Counted from the first letter of the whole stretch, positions 1 to 11,699 are shown. The stretch is DNA of 63,641 nucleotides, filler included, from Octopus bimaculoides (GCF_001194135.2; 5 parts of 4 records of this genome joined end to end with filler, not necessarily neighbours in it), one strand, 5' to 3'. Notes: a model not told the origin generated them from the sequence alone. A program made the numbers and translations.

Positions 1-367
1 GATGATGACGAGTTGAACAAACAACCAAACTACTTATTTTTTTAAATACACGCTCTAAATGGTGTATTTTACGTGCCACCTGCACAGGAGCCAGTCCAGT
101 GGCACTGGCAATGATCTCGCTCGAATGACTTTTCACGTACCACCGGCACAAGTGCCAGGAAGGCGACGCTGGTAACGATCACGCTTGAACAGTGCTCTTA
201 GCACTCCACTGGTACAGGTGCCATCACGATTTCACTTTCACTTGCCCCAACAGGTCTTCACAAGCCGAGTTTAGTGTCCAGTGAAGGAGACGCCATGGGC
301 CAGTCATCGAATTTAGTTCGATTTCGATTTCACTTGCCTCGAAATCGAACTAAATTCGACAACTATA

Positions 368-494
368 CAGGGTGTCCACAAAGTCTGGCTACATGGAGTA
401 AATAAAATCATAACATAAACAATTAAATAAAAGAAATAATAATTTCTTAAAGTATGTGTGAATCCACATGTACCCAGACTTTGTGGACACCTTG
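368..494. mobile_element. Tc1/mariner-type MITE (127 bp)
   Basis: TIRs CAGGGTGTCCACAAAGTCTGG / CCAGACTTTGTGGACACCTTG, with TA on both flanks. A second copy lies at 39913-40036. Confidence 0.9.
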
Positions 495-940
495 TATATN
501 NNNNNNNNNNNNNNNNNNNNNNNNNNNNNNNNNNNNNNNNNNNNNNNNNNNNNNNNNNNNNNNNNNNNNNNNNNNNNNNNNNNNNNNNNNNNNNNNNNNN
601 NNNNNNNNNNNNNNNNNNNNNNNNNNNNNNNNNNNNNNNNNNNNNNNNNNNNNNNNNNNNNNNNNNNNNNNNNNNNNNNNNNNNNNNNNNNNNNNNNNNN
701 NNNNNNNNNNNNNNNNNNNNNNNNNNNNNNNNNNNNNNNNNNNNNNNNNNNNNNNNNNNNNNNNNNNNNNNNNNNNNNNNNNNNNNNNNNNNNNNNNNNN
801 NNNNNNNNNNNNNNNNNNNNNNNNNNNNNNNNNNNNNNNNNNNNNNNNNNNNNNNNNNNNNNNNNNNNNNNNNNNNNNNNNNNNNNNNNNNNNNNNNNNN
901 NNNNNNNNNNNNNNNNNNNNNNNNNNNNNNNNNNNNNNNN

Positions 941-1130
941 ACGTAAAAGCACCCACTACACTCTCTGAGTGGTTGGCGTTAGGAAGGGCATCCAGCTGTA
1001 GAAACTCTGCCAAATCAGACTGGAGCCTGGTGTTGCCATCCGGTTTCACCAGTCCTCAGTCAAATCGTCCAACCCATGCTAGCATGGAAAGCGGACGTTA
1101 AACGATGATGATGATGATGATGATGATGAT
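941..1130 (+). mobile_element. Abundant (GAT)n-tailed retroposon, family A, 3' part
   Basis: Shared body GCACCCACTACACTC..GAGTGGTTGGCGTTAGGAAGGGCATCCAGCTGTAG..CATGGAAAGCGGACGTTAAACGATGATG. Recurs many times in the window. Confidence 0.85.
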
Positions 1131-1201
1131 GTATGTATGTATGTATTGTATCAACTACCATTCCATGTATGCAAAAATGTAATAATATACTTCATTTCCA
1201 G

Positions 1202-1276
1202 CCACAAGGCAAAACATCACGGGATTTATTTTTGGAAAAGTTCCGAGCTTTCTTGAAAGAAAATGCTGGTACCAGG
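1202..1276 (+). CDS. RNF123: RNF123/KPC1 E3 ubiquitin ligase, internal coding exon A (PQGKTSRDLFLEKFRAFLKENAGTR)
   Basis: ttccag acceptor, gtaggt donor, 75 nt, phase 0/0. Resembles the vertebrate RNF123 segment recalled as [20 protein letters not shown]. Confidence 0.82.
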
Positions 1277-2104
1277 GTAGGTTGTTTCATTGACACTATA
1301 AAACCATCTATCATTATAAATAATACATAGCCATTTATTAATTACATTTGATGTTTCTCGTACACATTGACCTTTGTTCCTCAGCAAAATGAATAAACTA
1401 TAAAAGTTTAACTGTGACAAGTTATTCAAAGAATTTACTTCTTCTCCCACCATCACTTTTATTATCTGATCTGCTTGAAGAAATGCTTTGGAAAAGAAGA
1501 ACCAGCATTCTGTGTTTTGGCTTGAGTAATATGTAACCACTAGACACATGGCTTAGTGGTCAGAGTGCTTGGCTCATGGTCATAAGGTCATGGGTTCAGT
1601 TCCTATACTGGGCAGTGCATGGTCTTTGAGCAAGGCACTTCATTTCACATTGCTCTAATGAGTACCTACTAGATGCTGATAGCTCCCCCCCTCTCTCTGT
1701 CTCTCTCTCTCTCCCCTTCAGCTGTCACATCCTAATTGTTCCTCTGGACCAAAGGGAGGTGTACTCATGATCACACAGGCACCTAAAACAATTAGTAAAA
1801 GCATGGTACATGCTACCAAGTGATATATATATACACTTAATGATGGCTACCTGTACTTTACCATTTCTATCTTGTTAAAGCACTCTCAATTTGTAAACAA
1901 ATTTTAGATAATTTTAAATATATTAGGGACATATCTGAACCTGTAAAGGCCTTTTCACTGCAGTTCTGTACTGGAGAAAAATCCTCACTTTAGACAAAAA
2001 AGTGTCAGAACATTATAGCCAGCCTAAAGCACCCTCTATGGGCGGGTAGATGCATCTACTACCTTTTTTGATCTTTGGACCCTTTTGATTCTTGTTTTAT
2101 TCAG

Positions 2105-2440
2105 GTGGGCTGGTCCTGTGCCAGTGGCATGTAAAAAGCACCATTTGAGCATGCTCGTTGCCAGTGCCACCTGACTGGCTCCCGTGCCAGTGGCACATAA
2201 GAAGCACCATTCAAGTGTGGTCGATGCCAGTACCACCTGTCTGGCCCTCGTACTGGTGGCACGTAAAAAGCACCCACTACACTCTTGAGTGGTTGGCATT
2301 AGGAAGGGCATCCAGCTGTAGAAACATTGCCAGATCAGATTGGAGCCTGGTGCAGCTTTGTGGCTTGCCAGCCCTCAGTTAAACTGTCCAACCCATACCA
2401 GCATGGAAAGCAGATATTAAACGATGACGATGATGATGAC
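2105..2440 (+). mobile_element. Family A retroposon with internal ~65-bp cassette repeats
   Basis: Three GCCAGTG..GTGGCACGTAAAAAGCACC units followed by the common tail and (GAT)n. Confidence 0.85.
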
Positions 2441-2789
2441 GACCCCCCACCAAACCATTTGATATTTCAGAAATATTTTTAGGATTAAATATTATTAGGA
2501 ATTGTATGAAAAAAGTTAATATATTTTGTGTATTGTAAAAGTATAATCAACTTATTGCACATAAATTTTAACAAGATCGTAGATGGACCCCCACAAGGGT
2601 CATATTGACCCCTGGTTGAGAACCAGTGGTCAAAAGAAAGAATTTTTTTCCTCTACCAAACTGCAGTGAAAACCCCTTTACATGTCCTAAACATATTTGA
2701 ATTGAGTCAAAGTTTGTTTCTGTTCTGTCACTGCTTTGCTCAAACAACCATAATTTTTTTTGTGTTTATTATTATCCATTCATTTTCAG

Positions 2790-2916
2790 CTACATCCAAT
2801 CAATACGTGCCCTTTACCTGTTAGTTTGTGTTTCTTCCATCGACTCATCCAAGCTTTACGATATTATTGGGATTTTTATGCTCAACAAGACACAGTGAAA
2901 TTTTTGCCAAGTTCAG
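2790..2916 (+). CDS. RNF123: RNF123 exon B (LHPINTCPLPVSLCFFHRLIQALRYYWDFYAQQDTVKFLPSS)
   Basis: ttttcag acceptor, gtatgg donor, 127 nt, phase 0/1. Matches recalled RNF123 [24 protein letters not shown]. Confidence 0.9.
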
Positions 2917-3584
2917 GTATGGATGTACAGTATTTCTTCTTCAACTGCATCAACAAACATTGAGTGTAGAAGATTGTTTTAGTCCTGCTTCTTTAGTAAT
3001 TTTACCAATATTGTAACCCTTTTCAACGGGAATATTCATGTATCTATTCTCTAGCTGGACACCTATTCCTGTCTCTTATCAACTGGCACAAAACCACTCT
3101 TTCACTACTACTCCCTCCTCCCGGCTGAGGAGTTTTTATCTTGCAAGTTACTCAGTAACCTTCTTGGTGCTGGTGTCACATATAAATCACCCAACACTCT
3201 GTAAAGTGGTTGGAGTTAGGAAGGGCAACCAGCTGTAGAAATCATGTCAAAGCAGACAATTAGAGCCTGGTGCAACTCTCTGGCTTGCCAGCTTCCGTCA
3301 AACCATCCAACCGGATGCCAGCATGGAAAACAGACATTAAATGATGATGATTAGTGAGGAAGATTGTCTTAGTCCACCTTGTCTGGTCATTTTACCAATA
3401 TTGTAATTACTACAAAAAAAAAATTGGTAAAATGGAATAAATTTCTCCTGTGAGTAATGATGAATTCTAAAGTTTCAGGCAAAGAGCCTCTTTGATAATT
3501 TATGACTTTTATTAATTCGTTTTTGCTGATGCCCATGCCGGTGGCACATGAAAAGCACCATTTGAGCGTGGTCAATGCCAGTAC

Positions 3585-3940
3585 TCTGTATGACTCTACT
3601 GACATACAAGTAACTCTGTATAGCACTGCTAACATACCAGTGACTCTGTACGATTCTAGTGACATACAAGAGACTTGTATAGCACTACTAACATACCAGT
3701 GACTCTGTACGATTCTAGTGACATACAAGAGACTTGTATAGCACTGCTAACNNNNNNNNNNNNNNNNNNNNNNNNNNNNNNNNNNNNNNNNNNNNNNNNN
3801 NNNNNNNNNNNNNNNNNNNNNNNNNNNNNNNNNNNNNNTCTCTCTGTACGATTCTAGTGACATACAAGAGACTTGTATAGCACTACTAACATACCAGTGA
3901 CTTTTTATAGCATTAGTAACATACCTGTGACTCTGAATAT
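3585..3940. repeat. ~59-bp minisatellite built from two related ~30-bp subunits
   Basis: Repeated ATACCAGTGACTCTGTACGATTCTAGTGAC-ATACAAGAGACTTGTATAGCACT(A/G)CTAAC on both sides of the N gap. Confidence 0.9.
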
Positions 3941-3984
3941 GACACTGGTACACACAATGAATATCTCGCATTCGCTCTGATGTA

Positions 3985-5414
3985 TCAGGTCATCCCATAA
4001 GTTCTGTCCGAATTTTGAATAAAGAAAACAAGTGATCAAATGTTATATTTAATTGAAATTTAACCCTCAATGTACTTTCCCTGATTATCTATGACTTCCT
4101 TCCATCTATTTACAAGCTTTTTAATTCTATGAATTTGAAACTCTTTTGGTTTCAAAGCGAAGAACTCTGAAATGTCAGTTTCGACCTCCTCCTGGCTTGC
4201 GAAAGTTATGTCCCCCAAATGATTCTGTAAACTAGGAAACAAATGGTAGTCTGAAGGAGCAAGGTCGGGAGAATAANNNNNNNNNNNNNNNNNNNNNNNN
4301 NNNNNNNNNNNNNNNNNNNNNNNNNNNNNNNNNNNNNNNNNNNNNNNNNNNNNNNNNNNNNNNNNNNNNNNNNNNNNNNNNNNNNNNNNNNNNNNNNNNN
4401 NNNNNNNNNNNNNNNNNNNNNNNNNNNNNNNNNNNNNNNNNNNNNNNNNNNNNNNNNNNNNNNNNNNNNNNNNNNNNNNNNNNNNNNNNNNNNNNNNNNN
4501 NNNNNNNNNNNNNNNNNNNNNNNNNNNNNNNNNNNNNNNNNNNNNNNNNNNNNNNNNNNNNNNNNNNNNNNNNNNNNNNNNNNNNNNNNNNNNNNNNNNN
4601 NNNNNNNNNNNNNNNNNNNNNNNNNNNNNNNNNNNNNNNNNNNNNNNNNNNNNNNNNNNNNNNNNNNNNNNNNNNNNNNNNNNNNNNNNNNNNNNNNNNN
4701 NNNNNNNNNNNNNNNNNNNNNNNNNNNNNNNNNNNNNNNNNNNNNNNNNNNNNNNNNNNNNNNNNNNNNNNNNNNNNNNNNNNNNNNNNNNNNNNNNNNN
4801 NNNNNNNNNNNNNNNNNNNNNNNNNNNNNNNNNNNNNNNNNNNNNNNNNNNNNNNNNNNNNNNNNNNNNNNNNNNNNNNNNNNNNNNNNNNNNNNNNNNN
4901 NNNNNNNNNNNNNNNNNNNNNNNNNNNNNNNNNNNNNNNNNNNNNNNNNNNNNNNNNNNNNNNNNNNNNNNNNNNNNNNNNNNNNNNNNNNNNNNNNNNN
5001 NNNNNNNNNNNNNNNNNNNNNNNNNNNNNNNNNNNNNNNNNNNNNNNNNNNNNNNNNNNNNNNNNNNNNNNNNNNNNNNNNNNNNNNNNNNNNNNNNNNN
5101 NNNNNNNNNNNNNNNNCAAGCATTCTTTCCCATAAACCGAGTGTCTGTTTCAAGTCGCTTTGGCTGTAGAGTTTCCTTTTTTGTACTCATAAAGCATTAT
5201 GTGTCTCAAATGCTCTTTGGATACTTCCATGTTAGAAAGGGTTTTAATCAAAGAAATTTTAATTCTATTATTCTGTAAAATAATATTTGATTAGTTTAAA
5301 TGTACAGAAATGCATAAAAATAATTTTTAATTTCATTAGACATTCTAAAATGCTATTAAATTTCATTCAATTTTAAAAAAGGTAAAATTGGACAGAACTT
5401 ATGGGATGGCCTGA
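3985..5414 (-). mobile_element. mariner DNA transposon, near full length, middle hidden by N gap
   Basis: ~31-bp TIRs TCAGG(T/C)CATCCCATAAGTTCTGTCC, TA duplications at 3983-3984 and 5415-5416. Minus-strand transposase C-terminus YSPDLAPSDYHLF...WKEVIDNQGKYIEG at 4060-4276. Confidence 0.95.
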
Positions 5415-5527
5415 TAGATACAAAAAAAAACACATGTCAATCTGTTGCTGTTGATCTGAATAATAATAATTCCTGGTAAAATTGTAATTAAGTTCTAATG
5501 TATGGTCAACGTTTAATCGTTTTACAG

Positions 5528-5629
5528 AAGCTTACATGCCAATATGTGAATTCAAGAAACCTGGCCGTGATAACTTAGACTTTCAAAGGTGTGGTGGATT
5601 ACTATCTCATTTACAACGAACATTATCTG
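5528..5629 (+). CDS. RNF123: RNF123 exon C (EAYMPICEFKKPGRDNLDFQRCGGLLSHLQRTLS)
   Basis: tttacag acceptor, gtgagt donor, 102 nt, phase 1/1, in frame with exon B. Matches recalled EAYIPP...DLQRLGGLLSHLRKTL. Confidence 0.9.
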
Positions 5630-6122
5630 GTGAGTTATTTCTCTTTCTTATTAATAAGCATTATTGTTACCATTATTATGGTGATATGATATTATTATAA
5701 GTATGACATTATAATATTATTATAATTATAACGTTATGGACATTATTAGACTTTAGATATTTGATATCAAACACAGGTCATTTGCACAGGTCATTAGACA
5801 TTTGCTATCAAACACAAGTCATTTATACCTGTCAGTGGTTCACTAGGTTGCTTTGAGGACAAGTTGTATGTGACGTTTGATGATTTTAAACATATACTTT
5901 TGGTTTTACATTACCGGAAGTTACAAAACTTATTCTACAGTAATGATTCAGAAGTCCTTTTGTCATTTAAATGGTAGATTAAATTTATTTCTTTGTTACA
6001 ATTTTGTTTTTATATGGTTTTGATACTATGCTTGCTATTTTGTTGTGAATATATCTATCTAACTATATATATATATATACATACATACATATATGGTTGA
6101 AAAGGAACACACGAGTTGATAT

Positions 6123-6371
6123 ACATTATTTACATTATTTACATTTGACGGATATTTGTCCTCATCTTGTTTGTTGTTAACACAACGTTTCGGCTGATAT
6201 ACCCTCCAGCCTTCGTCAAGTGTCACAGGGAAATTTCGAACCTGGGTTCTCATTCCTAACGATGTTACTATTATTATATTATTATTATTATTATTATTAC
6301 TATTATTAATCAGGTCGTCAAATGTAAATAATGTAAATAATGTAAATAATTCCTCATCTCTTAAATATAGA
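6123..6371 (-). mobile_element. Miniature Penelope-type element with hammerhead motif and inverted ends
   Basis: 12-bp target duplication ACGAGTTGATAT at 6111-6122 and 6372-6383. Inverted copies of CGTCAAATGTAAATAATGTAAATAATGT near both ends. Hammerhead-like core at 6179-6224. Confidence 0.75.
6179..6224 (-). ncRNA. Minimal type I hammerhead ribozyme motif, C3U variant
   Basis: Minus strand reads GACAC-UUGACGA-A-GGCUG..CAGCC-GAA-ACGU-U-GUGUU. Stems I and II pair and helix III is the palindrome ACGU. The first core C is changed to U. Confidence 0.65.
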
Positions 6372-7679
6372 ACGAGTTGATATGTATAAGGAAAAAAAGT
6401 CAAGGTAGAAAATGCTAAAATAATTTTATCATAAAAAACATTTTAATACCGGTTTCAGTCAGTGANNNNNNNNNNNNNNNNNNNNNNNNNNNNNNNNNNN
6501 NNNNNNNNNNNNNNNNNNNNNNNNNNNNNNNNNNNNNNNNNNNNNNNNNNNNNNNNNNNNNNNNNNNNNNNNNNNNNNNNNNNNNNNNNNNNNNNNNNNN
6601 NNNNNNNNNNNNNNNNNNNNNNNNNNNNNNNNNNNNNNNNNNNNNNNNNNNNNNNNNNNNNNNNNNNNNNNNNNNNNNNNNNNNNNNNNNNNNNNNNNNN
6701 NNNNNNNNNNNNNNNNNNNNNNNNNNNNNNNNNNNNNNNNNNNNNNNNNNNNNNNNNNNNNNNNNNNNNNNNNNNNNNNNNNNNNNNNNNNNNNNNNNNN
6801 NNNNNNNNNNNNNNNNNAAGGAAAATGGCTCTAGTATTTGAATACTATGCAAATATTCTTTTAAAATGCTTTTCTTTTAATTTTTCCAAAACTTAATTGT
6901 TTTCCAGAGTTGAAAAAGTTTCAATGACTGAAACCGGTATTAAAATGTTTTTTTATGATAAAATTATTTTAGCATTTTCTACCTTGATTTTTTTTCCTTA
7001 TACATATATATATATATATATATATACTTCTAATATAAGATAAAAAATTTTTCCCAAAATTTCATCAAAGTTGCCAGCATATTAAAAATACATTTAAAGG
7101 TGAAAATTATAAATAATTGTATATAAGGGCAAAAGAATATTATATATATGCACACACATACAGTTCAACCCATGCCAGCACGAAAAGTGGAAATAAAATG
7201 ATGATTTTATCACCATTTAACATCTGTTTTCCCATGCTGATTGTGGGTTGCATGGTTTGACAGCGGCTGGCAGGGTAAAGGATTGTGCTAAGCCCCTACT
7301 GTCTCTTTTGACAAGGTCTCTCTGGCTGAATGCCCTTCCTGAGGCCAACCACTTCACAAAGTGTAACTGGGTGCTATTTGTGTTGCATCAGCATCGGTGA
7401 GGTCACCATGTAACTTCCAAGACAAAGATCCCTCAATTGGGAGGGGAGTGGTGTGTATTCTTTTATTCTTGTATTTGTTTCAGTTGTTTGACTGTGGCCA
7501 TGCTGGAGCGCCACCTTTTAGTCGAAGAAATTGACCCCAGGGCTTATTCTTTGTAAACCTGGTCCTTAATCTATCAGTCTCTTTGCCGAACCATTAAGTT
7601 ACGAGGGCATAAACACACCAACATCGGTTGTCGCGATGGTGGTGGAACAAACACAACAATCCACGCATGCATGGTGCTT

Positions 7680-8237
7680 ATTGCATGCCACCAACACGGG
7701 AGCCAGTCAGGCGGCACTCTGGTATCGACCAAAACTACAATTTCCACTTGATTGTGATTTGATTTGATTTTGATTTTACTGGCACCCGTGCCAGTGGAGC
7801 GCTAATAGCACCACCCAAGTGTGATCATTGCCAGAGCAGCTGTCTCGCTTCTGTGCCAGTGGCACCTAAACAGCATCATTTGAGCGTGATCGTTACCAGC
7901 ATCGCCTTACTGGCATTTGTGCCAGTGGCACGTGAAAAAACATTCGAGCGAGGTCATTGCCAGTGCTGCTGGACTGGCTCCTGCGCAGGTGGCACATAAA
8001 AAACACCATTTTGAGTGTGTCCATTGCCAGTAATGCCTGACTGGCCCTCATGCCGGTGGCACGTAAAAGCACCCGCTACACTCTCGGAGTGGTTGGCGTT
8101 AGGAAGGGCATCCAGTTGTAGAAACTCTGCCAGATCAGATTGGAGCCTGGTGCAGCCATCTGGTTCGCCAGTCCTCAGTCAAATCATCCAACCCATGCCA
8201 GCATGGAAGGCAGACGTTAAACGATGATGATGATGAT
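7680..8237 (+). mobile_element. Family A retroposon, long copy with several cassette units
   Basis: Five to six cassette units followed by the common tail and (GAT)n. Confidence 0.85.
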
Positions 8238-9486
8238 TGACTCAATAGGTCTCCTCANNNNNNNNNNNNNNNNNNNNNNNNNNNNNNNNNNNNNNNNNNN
8301 NNNNNNNNNNNNNNNNNNNNNNNNNNNNNNNNNNNNNNNNNNNNNNNNNNNNNNNNNNNNNNNNNNNNNNNNNNNNNNNNNNNNNNNNNNNNNNNNNNNN
8401 NNNNNNNNNNNNNNNNNNNNNNNNNNNNNNNNNNNNNNNNNNNNNNNNNNNNNNNNNNNNNNNNNNNNNNNNNNNNNNNNNNNNNNNNNNNNNNNNNNNN
8501 NNNNNNNNNNNNNNNNNNNNNNNNNNNNNNNNNNNNNNNNNNNNNNNNNNNNNNNNNNNNNNNNNNNNNNNNNNNNNNNNNNNNNNNNNNNNNNNNNNNN
8601 NNNNNNNNNNNNNNNNNNNNNNNNNNNNNNNNNNNNNNNNNNNNNNNNNNNNNNNNNNNNNNNNNNNNNNNNNNNNNNNNNNNNNNNNNNNNNNNNNNNN
8701 NNNNNNNNNNNNNNNNNNNNNNNNNNNNNNNNNNNNNNNNNNNNNNNNNNNNNNNNNNNNNNNNNNNNNNNNNNNNNNNNCCACAAGCCTCCTCTTCTTC
8801 CCCATCACTTCCTTGTTTTCCTCTCCCTTTTTACTCCCTGTTCTCCCATCCCTCTGCTTCTTTCCACCCAGCCTCACCCTCTCTTGTTCCCTCTCCCCCC
8901 ACTCTCCCCCTCCTCATCTGAAACATTCCAAAACCTTCCATTTATTATACATTACCATTTATTTCCGATTGAAAGAATTCTTCAGAGAGAAAAGAAGACA
9001 AAACATATTATTTTTGGTTATTTTCTTTGTAAATCAAATAGAGAAATGACAGGGAGTAAGGAGTGGTGGATGTGGCAGCAGATCCTGTTACCCGATTAGG
9101 GGTTATGGGGTCATTTGGAACACCATTGATGATATCACTTTCATATAAGGATGTCAAAGCAGCCTCATAAAACCCATCTTTATTGTTTGATATCCCAACA
9201 CTGTAGTGTGTGTGTGCTCTCACACACACACACACATTCATGCATGCAAAAACACATACATAGACTTATATATTTCTATATATATTAATAATTTAGAGAA
9301 GAATCACTATGATGCAACTCAAACGATGAAGGACATCAGACACCATCAAGAAAGGCGTACTCTACAAAATACTAATTTAAAAATCTAAAAAATCCAAGAG
9401 AAAATTTAAAATCCTAAAATCTGTAAAATATTAGATTAAAAATTGAATTCGGTTTAGTAAATTTAATAAAAACGAAAGTGAATAAT

Positions 9487-9592
9487 AGACTACGCGCATT
9501 TCGTGGCCACATAAAAGTGGAAAAGATCTGTGCAATCTATAATAAATCGATCAAGATAAGTTCCACTCAGAATGAGGACACTCTTCAGGTCT
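9487..9592 (-). ncRNA. Type I hammerhead ribozyme motif with extended stem-loop II
   Basis: Minus strand reads AGAC-CUGAAGA-GUGUCC..(~67 nt containing an AGUGGAA/UUCCACU stem)..GGCCAC-GAA-AUGCGCGU-A-GUCU. Confidence 0.65.
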
Positions 9593-9744
9593 TGTAACTT
9601 CAAAAAACGTATCCTAATATTTAAAAATGCAATAAAATAAGATAGGAAAAAGTAGAAATATCTGTATGTTTAAGCAATTATTAGAACAAACCATCCAACC
9701 CATGCCAGCATGGAAAGCAGACATTAAATGATGATGATGAGAAC

Positions 9745-10200
9745 TAGGGTCAGTGTAATTAACTGACCCACCTCCCTTGAGCTTGCTGGCCTTGTGCCAA
9801 AATATGGGACCAATATTCTTGTCTACTCCGGGCATGAGGCCCAAAATTTTGTGGGGTGCAGTGGGGGTGCAGGCAATTAGATCGACCCCAGTACACAACT
9901 GGTACTTAACTTATCAACCCCGAAAGATGAAAGTTGACCTCAGCAGAATTTGAACTCAGAACGTAATGACAGACGAAATGCCGCTAAGCATTTTGCCCCG
10001 TGTGCTAACATTTCTTACTTCTTTACTGCCCACAAGGGGCTACACACAGAGGGGACAAACAAAGACAGACAAAGGGATTAAGTTGATTATATTGACCCCA
10101 GTGCGTAACTGGTACTTAATTTATCAACCCTGAAAGGATGAAAGGCGTGCTAACGTTTCTGCCAGCTCACTGCCTTAGTATGGAACCAATATTAGGGCCA
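9745..10200 (-). mobile_element. Cluster of tRNA-derived SINE copies with a MetaSINE-like central domain
   Basis: Reverse complements of GAGGTCAAC..TTTCATCCTTTC.GGGTTGATAA.TTAAGTACCAGT repeated. Same family at 20122-20350 (+), 30337-30520 (+), 46735-46825 (-) and 61880-61980 (-). The domain name is from recall. Confidence 0.65.
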
Positions 10201-11556
10201 CATCAACTTAACCAGTCCTATACTACTACTGCTACTGATGCTTCTACTTCTACTACTACTACTATTACAAATACCGCTGCTGCTGTTGTATTGCTGTGGT
10301 AAGCACATGCTCTTTCTTGCTCCATTTAGCCTGACTGATGAAAACCTGTTCTACTTTCTGCTTCATAGTTGAGTGGTTAGCAATAGGAAAGTCATTCATT
10401 CGTGATAAAGTATGTTGTCCCAACAAGTAAGTCACCCATTTATGAAAATGTAGAAATATGAATGCAAAAAGTTAGAAATGAAAGAAAAACGCAATGGAAA
10501 GAACTACCGTATCTGTCTCTGTATAGTAACCCCAGGCATGGCTAGGTGCATGTGTGGCCTTGTAATTAAGACGCTTGCTTCCCAATTTTGTGATCTTGGG
10601 TTTGGTTCCACTGTGCAGCACCTTGGGCAAACGTCTTCAACTAAAGCACTGAGTTGAGCAAAGCTTTGTGTATGTATTTGGTAGAGAGAAACTTGGTTCT
10701 GCCAGCACTTTTCTTGCATTTCTAATGTTATTAACAATAATATCTAATTAAAACAATAAAACTTAATATTTAGTAATGTCTTTTGCTAGGTAGAACTTCC
10801 TGGAAGCAATTAGTCTGTGTGTAAGAACATCTCTCCGTTCTCTCTCAGTTACTGAACTATTAATAATCTATGGAGAAAAAGAAAACACACACACACACAC
10901 TGTAATTGTTTTCCACCTCTAAGAAATGCCTTGCTTTGTAAATGTTGAATTTTGTATAATTTATTTACTTCAGGTTATGTCATGCTGATGATTTCAAATA
11001 AGAATGAAATGGTGCTATACATGACTACTTTTGATATAAATTTTAAGGTCTTTGAAATGGATGAGAGAAAAAAAAATTAAATGTGTCCATTTAGCATTTA
11101 AACCAACCATACCTGGCCTAAATATTCTACCTGTTTTATGTTCAAACCAGCCAGATGTGATCTCTCACCCCTACCCTACAAAGTCATTGTAAAAATAAAC
11201 AATTATATCACCAAAATGTCAATGCTATGAGACAATGCACAATCAATACAATATGAGTCAATACGCATTACATTTGATAGAATAATCTAAATGCTAAAGG
11301 GATATTCAGTGATCTTCATTGTTCTTCAATTTAAAATTCAAACTTCTTGTCCTGTCATGATTGATCTAGAAGTGATTATCTCCCTTACAATAACCATCCA
11401 CTACAACAGACCTTGCGTTTGAATAAATATTTAAAATATAAAATTTACAAGGGTCAGGACTTAAAAATGACTGTTGTGATTTGTGTCTAATCATTTGTAT
11501 ATGATATGATATTTAATGTTTCAAAATAGGGTCCTGTTTGTATTTCTGTTGTTCAG

Positions 11557-11699
11557 GCAGTCGTAGTAACAGTAATGATTGTTTGGAGAGCAGTGTCGAC
11601 CCCAGCTGTGCTGAAATTCCTGGTGATGCAACGTTAACAGAGTTACTTGATGGTGTGGTCACCCTCTATCACATAGCGACACACAAGCAACTTGGAAAG
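11557..11699 (+). CDS. RNF123: RNF123 exon D (GSRSNSNDCLESSVDPSCAEIPGDATLTELLDGVVTLYHIATHKQLGK)
   Basis: gttcag acceptor, gtcaga donor, 143 nt, phase 1/0. C-terminal half matches recalled LLEVLDGAVMMYNLSVHQQLGK. Confidence 0.88.

Noticed and set aside
9044-9055. Possible 12-nt phase-1 micro-exon of RNF123 (donor gtaagg)
   Set aside because: The acceptor is awkward (AG two bases after another AG) and there is no homology support.
10350-10430. Exon-like segment with cttcatag and gtaagt signals
   Set aside because: Its sequence is a decayed family A motif (GAGTGGTT.GC.TTAGGAA) and shows no RNF123 similarity.
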